Below, in pieces: positions 1-7,214 of a DNA stretch of 32,000 nt (the stretch's first letter is position 1; every line of letters begins with the position of its first letter). The notes below the pieces were generated by a model. The model did no database searches and had not been told where the DNA came from. It was given only the letters and a program-made list of their open reading frames with translations. Location of the stretch: assembly GCF_003945235.1 (NCBI RefSeq), contig NZ_RSDW01000001.1, forward strand, positions 2,370,001-2,402,000, in the 5' to 3' direction. The translations under genes and the position numbers were made by a program. Source of the DNA: Edaphobacter aggregans (GTDB lineage: Bacteria > Acidobacteriota > Terriglobia > Terriglobales > Acidobacteriaceae).

Positions 1-450
1 CAGAACGCGGAAGATTTCGGCCAGTAGCGCGAACCGGCTGGGAATGTGGCAGAAGACGTCGCTGGCGAAGATGGCATCGAAGACGGCGGTGTCGTAGGGA
101 AGTTTTTGGGAGATGTCAGCACGCACGAAGCGCACAAGGGGAAGCATGTCTTTGGCACGTGCGAGACGATTGGCGTTGCGGATGGCCTGGGCGTTAATGT
201 CGATGCCTGTGACACGGCAGGCGACTCTTTCGGCGAGATAGATGGCGTAGCCGCCGGAGCCGCAGCCGAGTTCGAGGACGTTGGAATCCTGGTTAAGTTT
301 AAGCTGGGTGGGGATGTGATTGGACTCGTAGGGGCCGCTCCAACTGGTCTGGCCGAGATCGTTGCCAAAAGTGTCGAGACGAATCTGACGGTAAAGCTCC
401 GAGGCGTAGTTTTCGTACGCAATGTCGTAGAGTTCGACCTTGTCGGGCAT
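1..450 (-). CDS. Class I SAM-dependent methyltransferase, 5' portion (150 codons); gene runs off the left edge of the window
   Basis: Absent from the ORF track because no stop lies in the window. My reverse-strand translation from the ATG (comp 448-450) stays open to base 1: MPDKVELYDIAYENYASELYRQIRLDTFGNDLGQTSWSGPYESNHIPTQLKLNQDSNVLELGCGSGGYAIYLAERVACRVTGIDINAQAIRNANRLARAKDMLPLVRFVRADISQKLPYDTAVFDAIFASDVFCHIPSRFALLAEIFRVL. It contains the Rossmann-fold SAM-binding motif I (VLELGCGSGG). A GGAGGAG Shine-Dalgarno (comp 458-464) lies 7 nt before the ATG. Track ORF 46..531(+) is its antisense shadow. Confidence 0.8.
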   Translation of the reverse strand, partial: MPDKVELYDIAYENYASELYRQIRLDTFGNDLGQTSWSGPYESNHIPTQLKLNQDSNVLELGCGSGGYAIYLAERVACRVTGIDINAQAIRNANRLARAKDMLPLVRFVRADISQKLPYDTAVFDAIFASDVFCHIPSRFALLAEIFRVL

Positions 451-621
451 GCTATGGCTCCTCCACGTGATGCTGTCCGAAGGCGTGCAAGAAGAGAGCA
501 CATCTTAGCAGGTGTCGGCAGGAGTTGGTAGATAGTCATGGGGACGTGCGACCCGCTTCCTTTGTGGGAGACGGGTCATGATGGATTAAAAGGTTATAGT
601 TCCTGCTGCCATCCATGTAGC

Positions 622-1218
622 TCAGTGTTTCCAATGGAGGTCAGGACCACGGAAGAGTACGCCAGCGCCGATGCGGAACTGGTTTTGTCGATTGCCCTGG
701 ACGTTTCTGAGTTCGGAGTAGAAGTAGTCTGCCTGCAGGGCGCGGATCCAGATGTGCCTGGATACGGAGATGTCGAGGCCACCGCCGACGGTGAGGGCGA
801 AGGAAGTGTCGTAGCTCGTTGGCAATTTGCCAACGGGTGCGGGAAAGTAGCCGTCGAAGCCGTGGACGCCTCCGAACAACGCCTGGCCAAAGGGCTGGAA
901 GCGGGTGTGGTTGGGCACGCGCATCCGCAGGCCGCCCATGCCGTAGAAAAGGCTCAGGCCCGTGTTGAAGTTGGGGAGGTTCCCTGTGGTGTGTCCCCCC
1001 ATTTCGGCGACGGCTGAAATGTTGCGCCACACGGGCACGGAGATGCCACCGTGGCCCCCGCTCATCCAGAAGCATCCGCAGCCTCCCACAGGAGCGTTGG
1101 CACGCATCTCACTATAGACGGCGTAGGCGTCCAGGGTGTTCGATGGCTTCTGGGCCATAGCTGCCAGAGAGAGCGACAACAGCAGCGCGTAGGCGAAGAC
1201 TTGCGTCAGCTTATTCAT
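622..1218 (-). CDS. Small outer-membrane beta-barrel protein (8-strand OmpX/OmpW/OmpA-TM-like class), paralogue A, with a CGC motif
   Basis: Track ORF 622..1380 trimmed to the internal ATG at comp 1216-1218; the longer form would overlap the giant gene's 3' end. The junction reads GAA TAG GAGGAGCG ATG, so the SD abuts the upstream stop. Product is 198 aa. Sec signal MNKLTQVFAYALLLSLSLAAMA/Q is followed by about 8 amphipathic Gly/aromatic-rich strands: FWMSGGHGGISVPVW, LSLFYGMGGLRMRV, FQPFGQALFGGVHGF, FALTVGGGLDISVS, IWIRALQADYFY, NQFRIGAGVLFR. Roughly three quarters of residues are identical by eye to the 6619..7206 product. Confidence 0.85.
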   Translation of the reverse strand: MNKLTQVFAYALLLSLSLAAMAQKPSNTLDAYAVYSEMRANAPVGGCGCFWMSGGHGGISVPVWRNISAVAEMGGHTTGNLPNFNTGLSLFYGMGGLRMRVPNHTRFQPFGQALFGGVHGFDGYFPAPVGKLPTSYDTSFALTVGGGLDISVSRHIWIRALQADYFYSELRNVQGNRQNQFRIGAGVLFRGPDLHWKH

Positions 1219-1226
1219 CGCTCCTC

Positions 1227-4200
1227 CTATTCCACAATCAGCGTTACGGTAGTGTTGTGAACCAAGTTGCCGCTGGTTGCGGTGATGGTAATAACATAGG
1301 ACTGCTGCGTCTGGTTGAAGTAGCCGCCGGTTCCACAGCCAGCGATTGCTCCAAACGATATCAGCGCCAGCAGCAGCCACAAAAGCGCGCCAGGTCGTCC
1401 GCGTGCTCTTCTCAGTAGCGCGAAGGGTACTAGCAGCGTCGCAAATACCAGTGGCGTGCGAGAGCTCCGGTCGAGTGTGGCATTCTGTTTTGGAACGTTG
1501 ACGGTCATGGTCGATTGGACGCCGTCAGCTCCCGGTATTACAGGATTAGGACTGAAGGTGTAGCTTGCTCCCGCGGGTAGTCCCGACGCGCTCAGCGTTA
1601 CCGGACTGTTGTATGGAAGATTCAGATCAGGGATCTTGATTGCAAAGTTAGCAGCCCCCCCAGGCGGGACCGTCTGCGGCGGCGTGGGGCTTATGACGCC
1701 GAAGTCCGGCGCGAGGATAGTCACACTGACCAACGCGAACGGCGTTATTGTTGTGAAGTTTGTATCACCGCTATATGAAGCCGTGAGCGTGCGTTCTCCA
1801 ATAGGTAGCGTGGTGGTAATCAGCGTCGCCGTGCCATTGACGATCGCCACGGTGCCGAACGCCGTGCCGCCGTCGTAGAAGGTAATGGTCCCGGTTGCGC
1901 CTGCATTGACCATTGCCGTCAGCGTTACCGGATTACCCTGCACAGTTTGGCTTGGTGACGCAGTCAAAGTGACGAAAGTGCTCGCCTTGGTGATCGTCAG
2001 GGTGCCGTTCACTGCACGGGTGATGTAGTTTGCAAGTGCCGATCCGGTAGCGGAGGGGACGATGGGATACGTTCCCGGAGGAGAGTTGGTAGTCGCGATC
2101 GTAGATGCCGAGAAAGTAAAGGTGTCGTTGAGGACGGCACCCGTGATTGTTCCGGTAAAGGCTGGATTTGCCTCCCCAAAGACGCGCGAAGCATTGTTCG
2201 CAGACAGCGCCAGTAGGGCAGGAGTCACCGTCACGGCAAAGTTGACGGCTTGGCTAACTCCGGCTGTCATGGCAGTTGCAACAAAATCTCCAACATGTGT
2301 TCCGGTTACTATTACGCTGGCCTGTCCGCTGCCGTTAGTTGTTACGGTGGCGCTCGGCGAGAAGGTTAGGCCTGCTCCCGCGAAGGTCACCGTGGCCCCT
2401 GCAACCGGATTCCCAATGGCATTCGCGACCATAACAACCAGAGCCTGCGCGAAGGCCGTTCCACGGACAGCAGACTGGGCGTTGCCACCCACCAACTCGA
2501 TAGTGGTTGGCAGACCGGTAACAATGCTTACCGCAACGGGGCTGCTCGAGCTAACCCCGTTATTTGGGTCTCCAGAATAAGCAGCGATGATGTTGTGGGT
2601 TCCCAAACTCAGGGAACTGGTCGAAAAGGTAGCCAGCGCATTCGCATCGATGCCTACTGTCCCGAGTATTGTCGTTCCATCATAGAAGATAACTGTGCCC
2701 GTCCGGGCGGGCACGCCTGCGGATATGGGTGGAGCTACCTCCGCCGTAAGGACGACCGGTTGGCCCTGCAACTGCGGGTTCACATCAGCGGTAACGGTAG
2801 TTGTCGTTGACAGTGGAGCGATCAGGAAGAGATACGCCGTAAGGTTGCCTATCTCCGGCGAGTTTCCACCACCATTCCCACCATTAGTGTTGTGGCCGCC
2901 CTCGTTACCGTATGAGGCGTAGACGTAGAGCGTGTGCAGTCCAACCTGTTGTGGCTGGCTGAGATTAACAGTGAAGCTTGCTGGGTTTGTTCCACTTGAA
3001 CTCGTCATCGTTGCAAGATTCGATGGGTTCGCGCCGTCCACCTCGTAGTACACCTGCGTCGGTGGTGGATTGGTTACGGTGTGGCCGCTATATACACTCG
3101 TGCTGCTGAACACACTATTCACATTCACCGTGAAGCTAGGCGTGCTGTTAGCTGTCTGGAAGATATTTGTCGTCGAGATGGTCAACGGATCGACCACCCC
3201 GGCGATGGTTGTGGTCAGTGGCACGGTCTGATGTCCGTCCACATCGATTACCGCCACGCTGCCAGGGTTTGAGGGACCGGGTGAGAGATTTGTATAGATT
3301 TTGTTGATCGCAGGGTACAACAACACCTCCTGAGGACACGACCCATTTGCAGCGTTGGAACAATTCGTTGTTAGTGCGTTTCCCACAACCGGTACTGTGC
3401 TCGTGACAATGTTGCTTGCTCCATCAATAACCATCATGTTTCGGCTGTTGAAGTTCTTGACATAGACATTGTTGGTGATTGGGTTTACCGCGATCCCCCA
3501 GGGAAAACTTCCCGAACTCGACGTGTTTATTTGGGTCGGGCTATTGGTCACTCCATCGAGAACGGTCACGCTTCCGCCCTGAGGGAAAGGTAGACCGGAG
3601 TTTGAGTTGGAGACATAGATCTTATTTGTCTGCTGGTTTATTGCTATCTCCCGGGGGAAAATGCCTGCTATCGGGTTGGCGATGACCGTGTCAATGGTTC
3701 CGTCGATCACCGAAATTGTGCCGGGAATGCTGCTGTTGTTAAAAGTCGTATTGGCGACATAGATCCTGTTCGTTGCAGGATTCACTGCTATTCCCTGTGG
3801 GCCGGTTCCAACCGTCATCGTGCTCGTGACAGAGTTGCCCGCACCATTTATCACTGAAACGGTGTTGTCGGAAAAATTAGAGACGTAGATTTTGTTGGTT
3901 GCTGCGTTCACCGCGATGCCAGAGGGTGAGAAACCCACGGTTACCGTGGCAGCGATGGTCTCGGTTGTTTCGTCGATCACCGAAACGGTGTTGCCGTTAG
4001 TTAGCGGAGAGAGTGAGATAAAGGGATGGGCGACATAAACCTTCCCTGTCACCGAGTTTGCCGCTACTGCTTGAGGGTAAGGCCCCACAGTCAAGGTGTT
4101 TATGACAGAATCGCTCGCTGAGTCGATCACCGAAACGGTGCCGTCTCCAAAGTTGGTGACGTATACCCTGTTCGTCACTGGATCGACGGCGGCCAAAACA

Positions 4201-5498
4201 GGTTGCGAACCGACACTCACCGTCGCAGTAACGGTATTCGTCGCTACATCAATCGCTGTCACGGTGTCGCTGTCGGTATTGGCGGTATAAATCTTGTTGG
4301 TCACTGGGTTCAACACGACAGTTTGAGGAGAGTCCCCCGTAGGTACAGGAGACGTCGAGATCGGCGCATTGATCGCACCGTCGATCACCGATACGGTACC
4401 GGGGACAGAAGTGTAGACCCTATTGGTCACCGGGTTCGCCGCCACGATCAGGACGCTGCTTCCGGTTCCCACCGCCGCCACGGTAACAGTAGCGTTTGTT
4501 GATCCGTCGATCACAGTTACGGAAGCATCAGAAGGATTGCTGCCACCGGTAAAAGTGAAATTGCCCACATAGATCTTGTTGGTTACCGGGTTCACCGCCA
4601 ACGTATAGGGAAAGGTGCCCCCCATCGTCAGAGTGCTCGTCGTGTAATTGTTCGTTCCATCGATCACAGTAACGGTGTTGTTCGGGCTGCCAGCAAAGTT
4701 GAGTACGTAGGCCTTGTTGGTTACCGGGTTCACGACCACCATGGCGGGTACGGTTCCCACCGTTGGATGTGCGATAGCCACGTTGGTCGTTCCGTCGAAC
4801 ACCGTCAGGGTTCCAGGGCTGGCGACGTAGAACTGGTTGGTCACCGGGTTCACCGCCACCGATTGGGGGGCCCCTGATACCGCCGCCGCGGTGGGCGTAT
4901 TGCTCGCTCCATCGATCACCGTCACGTTTCCCGCGCCGGTGACGGCATTGGCTACATAGACCTTATTGGTCACCGGGTTTACTGCTATCGCGTATGGGCG
5001 ATTCCCGGTTGTAGGCACGGTAGCCGTCACGTTGTTGGTGGCGCCGTCGATCACAGTCACGTTGTTGCTGTCGAGGTTGGCGACGTAGATTTTGTTGGTC
5101 AGGGGATTCACCACGACGTTAAGGGGGGTAGTTCCCACAGGCACCGTGGCGGTAACACTATCGCTTGCACCGTCGATCACCGTTACGGTGTTGTCGGTCG
5201 TGTCGGTAACATAAATCTTGTTGGTCACCGGATTCACTGCCGCCGTAGTGGGATTAGTTCCCGCAGTCACCGCCTTTGTTACATTCGTGACACCGTTGAT
5301 GACGTTGACCGTGTGAAGAGCACCTCTGCTGGGAACGTAGATCTTGTTGGTCACTGGGTTCACGGCCACCGAAAGCCCTCCACCGGTGGTAGGCACAGCG
5401 ATTTGAGCCCTAAGTACCGTAGAAGCAGCGAACACACTCAACAACAGTAAGAGCCGATTGAGAACAGGGCGGCAGCGAAGAACGAGGGACGGCACCAT
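1227..5498 (-). CDS. Giant secreted YVTN beta-propeller repeat / Ig-like / MBG-domain protein with an unusual C-terminal membrane tail (1423 aa)
   Basis: Uninterrupted 1423-codon ORF. GAGGAGG SD (comp 5506-5512) lies 7 nt before the ATG. Sec-type signal LLLLLSVFAASTVLRAQ/IAV. About 16 repeats with core NPVTNKIYV...TVTVIDG (YVTN-family 40-residue beta-propeller repeat type). These are followed by several Ig-like repeats (pattern PVVLTAEV...IFYDGTTILGT...LGTHNIIAAYSGD). One MBG-type domain (LSANNASRVFGEANPAFTGTITGAVLNDTF...YPIVPSATGSALANYITRAVNGTLTITKA). Then a terminal Ig-like domain interrupted by two hydrophobic helices (see findings). Confidence 0.92.
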   Translation of the reverse strand: MVPSLVLRCRPVLNRLLLLLSVFAASTVLRAQIAVPTTGGGLSVAVNPVTNKIYVPSRGALHTVNVINGVTNVTKAVTAGTNPTTAAVNPVTNKIYVTDTTDNTVTVIDGASDSVTATVPVGTTPLNVVVNPLTNKIYVANLDSNNVTVIDGATNNVTATVPTTGNRPYAIAVNPVTNKVYVANAVTGAGNVTVIDGASNTPTAAAVSGAPQSVAVNPVTNQFYVASPGTLTVFDGTTNVAIAHPTVGTVPAMVVVNPVTNKAYVLNFAGSPNNTVTVIDGTNNYTTSTLTMGGTFPYTLAVNPVTNKIYVGNFTFTGGSNPSDASVTVIDGSTNATVTVAAVGTGSSVLIVAANPVTNRVYTSVPGTVSVIDGAINAPISTSPVPTGDSPQTVVLNPVTNKIYTANTDSDTVTAIDVATNTVTATVSVGSQPVLAAVDPVTNRVYVTNFGDGTVSVIDSASDSVINTLTVGPYPQAVAANSVTGKVYVAHPFISLSPLTNGNTVSVIDETTETIAATVTVGFSPSGIAVNAATNKIYVSNFSDNTVSVINGAGNSVTSTMTVGTGPQGIAVNPATNRIYVANTTFNNSSIPGTISVIDGTIDTVIANPIAGIFPREIAINQQTNKIYVSNSNSGLPFPQGGSVTVLDGVTNSPTQINTSSSGSFPWGIAVNPITNNVYVKNFNSRNMMVIDGASNIVTSTVPVVGNALTTNCSNAANGSCPQEVLLYPAINKIYTNLSPGPSNPGSVAVIDVDGHQTVPLTTTIAGVVDPLTISTTNIFQTANSTPSFTVNVNSVFSSTSVYSGHTVTNPPPTQVYYEVDGANPSNLATMTSSSGTNPASFTVNLSQPQQVGLHTLYVYASYGNEGGHNTNGGNGGGNSPEIGNLTAYLFLIAPLSTTTTVTADVNPQLQGQPVVLTAEVAPPISAGVPARTGTVIFYDGTTILGTVGIDANALATFSTSSLSLGTHNIIAAYSGDPNNGVSSSSPVAVSIVTGLPTTIELVGGNAQSAVRGTAFAQALVVMVANAIGNPVAGATVTFAGAGLTFSPSATVTTNGSGQASVIVTGTHVGDFVATAMTAGVSQAVNFAVTVTPALLALSANNASRVFGEANPAFTGTITGAVLNDTFTFSASTIATTNSPPGTYPIVPSATGSALANYITRAVNGTLTITKASTFVTLTASPSQTVQGNPVTLTAMVNAGATGTITFYDGGTAFGTVAIVNGTATLITTTLPIGERTLTASYSGDTNFTTITPFALVSVTILAPDFGVISPTPPQTVPPGGAANFAIKIPDLNLPYNSPVTLSASGLPAGASYTFSPNPVIPGADGVQSTMTVNVPKQNATLDRSSRTPLVFATLLVPFALLRRARGRPGALLWLLLALISFGAIAGCGTGGYFNQTQQSYVITITATSGNLVHNTTVTLIVE
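3290..5370 (-). repeat. Array of about 16 in-frame YVTN-type beta-propeller repeats (period roughly 125-130 nt)
   Basis: The motif GTGAACCCGGTGACCAAC-like (V-N-P-V-T-N) recurs on the coding strand near 5350, 5230, 5100, 4970, 4845, 4725, 4580, 4430, 4305, 4180, 4050, 3900, 3775, 3640, 3480 and 3300. The protein shows repeated NP[VLA]TN[KR][IV]YV ... VTVID units. Boundaries are approximate. Confidence 0.8.
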
Positions 5499-6180
5499 TG
5501 GGAGACCTCCTCAACGCATTTGTCTGGGAATAAGGGTGCAGTCCGACCGAGGTGGTGTATCTCCATCGTCATATCCGTTCCGGTTGAGAGCCAGAACTGC
5601 AAGGACACACCGTCGCGCAAGATCAAGGAACCGAAGTTGGCACGCGGCGAAGACTCACTCCCGCCTGCCAGTGCTCAGCACTTTACATGCAAGATAGTCG
5701 AGTTGTCACGCACTGTGTCCAAATTCGAACTTGGTTCGGAGTTCTATAAACAAAAGTCGGCGCTGGAGATTTAGCCATCAATACGAGCGCCCCGTTTGAG
5801 GCTTCAGCATTCCTCGGATCGCGGCCAATTGCTCGTTTGTTCCAAATGTAGGTAGTCTGCCTACGTCGCGTCGAGTTCTAAATTGAAAAATAGGCTGGGG
5901 ACGGGGCGGTTCTGAATGCCAAAGCCAAACCGAATTTGCTGGCAGCTTCAGCGATGTTTAGAAAGTAGGGTTAGGACGTCCCGTCATCGCATTCGCTTAC
6001 CTGACGAGGATTCGACGCAAACCGCCTCTGCTGCTTGGTCAGAAACACCTGAAGTTGCAAAAAAACGATTATTGGAGAACTGCGAGGGATTCGGCTAATC
6101 AAAATCGAGCGCAATCTGAATAACTTAGAGAAATCTATCAATACGTTAGAGAGCGGAAAACAACCCGACGCAACGCTTAT

Positions 6181-6210
6181 TGGACCCGTAATGGACCCAC
6201 AGTTGGACCC
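6181..6210. promoter_or_regulatory. Three phased direct repeats TGGACCC (spacing 11 and 12 bp); candidate transcription-factor site
   Basis: TGGACCCgtaaTGGACCCacagtTGGACCC. Copies start at 6181, 6192 and 6204, inside the gene-free spacer between the two cassettes. Function is unproven. Confidence 0.3.
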
Positions 6211-6618
6211 ACGCTGGCGCACGCGATTGACAACGCGGCACGAACGGCAACCAGCTAGGGTTACCTAAGCACTACGTCATCTTGACTGGCCTTGACTCGC
6301 AATGACCTTCAAGTGCGTACGCTTGAAGTTCCGATAATCCGTTTCTAGGAATTACAAATTCACTTGTCCGAGAAGCCGACATTACGGGCCAAGTGACGAA
6401 AAGAGCGTTTCCCGGTACTAATCCGTAGTGCGGGTTTCTACTCATGTTCAATGAGTGCTAAGTCATGTTCTCATCAACTGACAATTCTGGGTGATTTGGC
6501 AACCGTTTGCGCCTCCTTAGGGATTACGATTACCAATCGGCGAGAACATCTGCCCGGAGATTCGTGATGCAGGTATGGCTCCGCGATCCTTGAAATAATT
6601 GTCGACCAGATCGCCTTG

Positions 6619-7206
6619 CTACTTCCTGCTGCCACGGAAGAGAATCCCTGCCCCGATGCGCAACTGGTTCTGGTTGTCTCCCTGCAAGTTGCGTAGCGAG
6701 GTGTAGTTGTAGTCGGCCTTCAGCGCACGTATCCAGATATGCCTTGAGATAGCCACATCCAGGCCTCCGCCGATGGCCATGGAATATGAAGTATCGTAAC
6801 TGGTCGGCAATTTCCCCACCCGTGCCGGGAAGTAGCTGTCGAAGCCGTGGACACCGCCGAACAACGCCTGAGCGAAGGGTTGGAACCGTGTGTGATTGGG
6901 CCAGCGCATGCGAACCCCACCCATACCGGAGACCAGGCTCAGGCCGGCATTGAAGTTGGGGATATTGCCCGTGTGATGGCCGGCTACTTCCGCCAAGACC
7001 GAAAAGTTCCTCCATACCGGATACGAGATTTCACCCGTGCCGCCGGACATCCAGAAGCAGCCGCAGCCGCCTACCGGAGCGTTGGCGCGCAGTTCGCTGA
7101 ACGTCACCGATGCGTCGATGGTGTTGGCTGGTTTCTGTTGCGCTACCACTGCTGGGGCGAGCGATAGCAGCAACGGGTAGACGAAGATGCGTAGGCGTCG
7201 GTTCAT
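6619..7206 (-). CDS. Small outer-membrane beta-barrel protein, paralogue B, with a CGC motif
   Basis: Track ORF 6619..7368 trimmed to the ATG at comp 7204-7206. The junction to the upstream giant gene (GAA TAG GAGGAGCG ATG AA) is identical to cassette A. Signal MNRRLRIFVYPLLLSLAPAVVA/QQ. It has the same strand pattern and the same ANAPVGGCGCFWMSGG segment as paralogue A. Confidence 0.85.
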   Translation of the reverse strand: MNRRLRIFVYPLLLSLAPAVVAQQKPANTIDASVTFSELRANAPVGGCGCFWMSGGTGEISYPVWRNFSVLAEVAGHHTGNIPNFNAGLSLVSGMGGVRMRWPNHTRFQPFAQALFGGVHGFDSYFPARVGKLPTSYDTSYSMAIGGGLDVAISRHIWIRALKADYNYTSLRNLQGDNQNQLRIGAGILFRGSRK

Positions 7207-7214
7207 CGCTCCTC

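Noticed and set aside
46-531. 161-aa + strand ORF at the left edge
   Set aside because: It is antisense to a much more convincing methyltransferase reading frame, which has SAM motif I, an SD and an ATG at comp 450. Its Gly/Val/Asp-rich composition is typical of a shadow ORF in GC-rich DNA.
550-577. Hairpin GACCCG-CTTCC-tttgt-GGGAG-a-CGGGTC between barrel gene A and the methyltransferase gene
   Set aside because: The stem is real, but no U-tract follows on the minus strand. I cannot support calling it a terminator.
538-1075. ORFs 538..1017(+), 594..890(-) and 641..1075(-) overlapping barrel gene A, and the analogous 6530..7015, 6720..6920 and 6847..7167 over barrel gene B
   Set aside because: They are alternative frames or antisense of the barrel genes. 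They are Arg/Pro/Ala-rich, with no signal peptides or motifs. The barrel frame is conserved between the paralogues and the others are not needed.
1219-1380. N-terminal extensions of the barrel ORFs (622..1380 and 6619..7368 as listed in the track)
   Set aside because: The extensions overlap the 3' ends of the giant genes. They lack signal-peptide character. They are bypassed by an internal ATG with a perfect SD followed by a classic signal peptide.
1655-1661. C7 (G7 on the coding strand) homopolymer in the terminal Ig-like domain of giant gene A, plus several G6/C6 runs (995-1000, 4618-4623, 5123-5128), considered as possible phase-variation switches
   Set aside because: The runs are short and are explained by Gly/Pro codons in GC-rich DNA. 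The paralogue has no equivalent tract. There is no evidence of length heterogeneity from a single sequence.
5971-6222. Small ORFs in the inter-cassette spacer (5916..6098, 5971..6222, 5520..5774, 5458..5697)
   Set aside because: They are short, mutually overlapping, without SD, and have skewed Arg/Ser/Leu composition. I treat the region as non-coding pending blastx.
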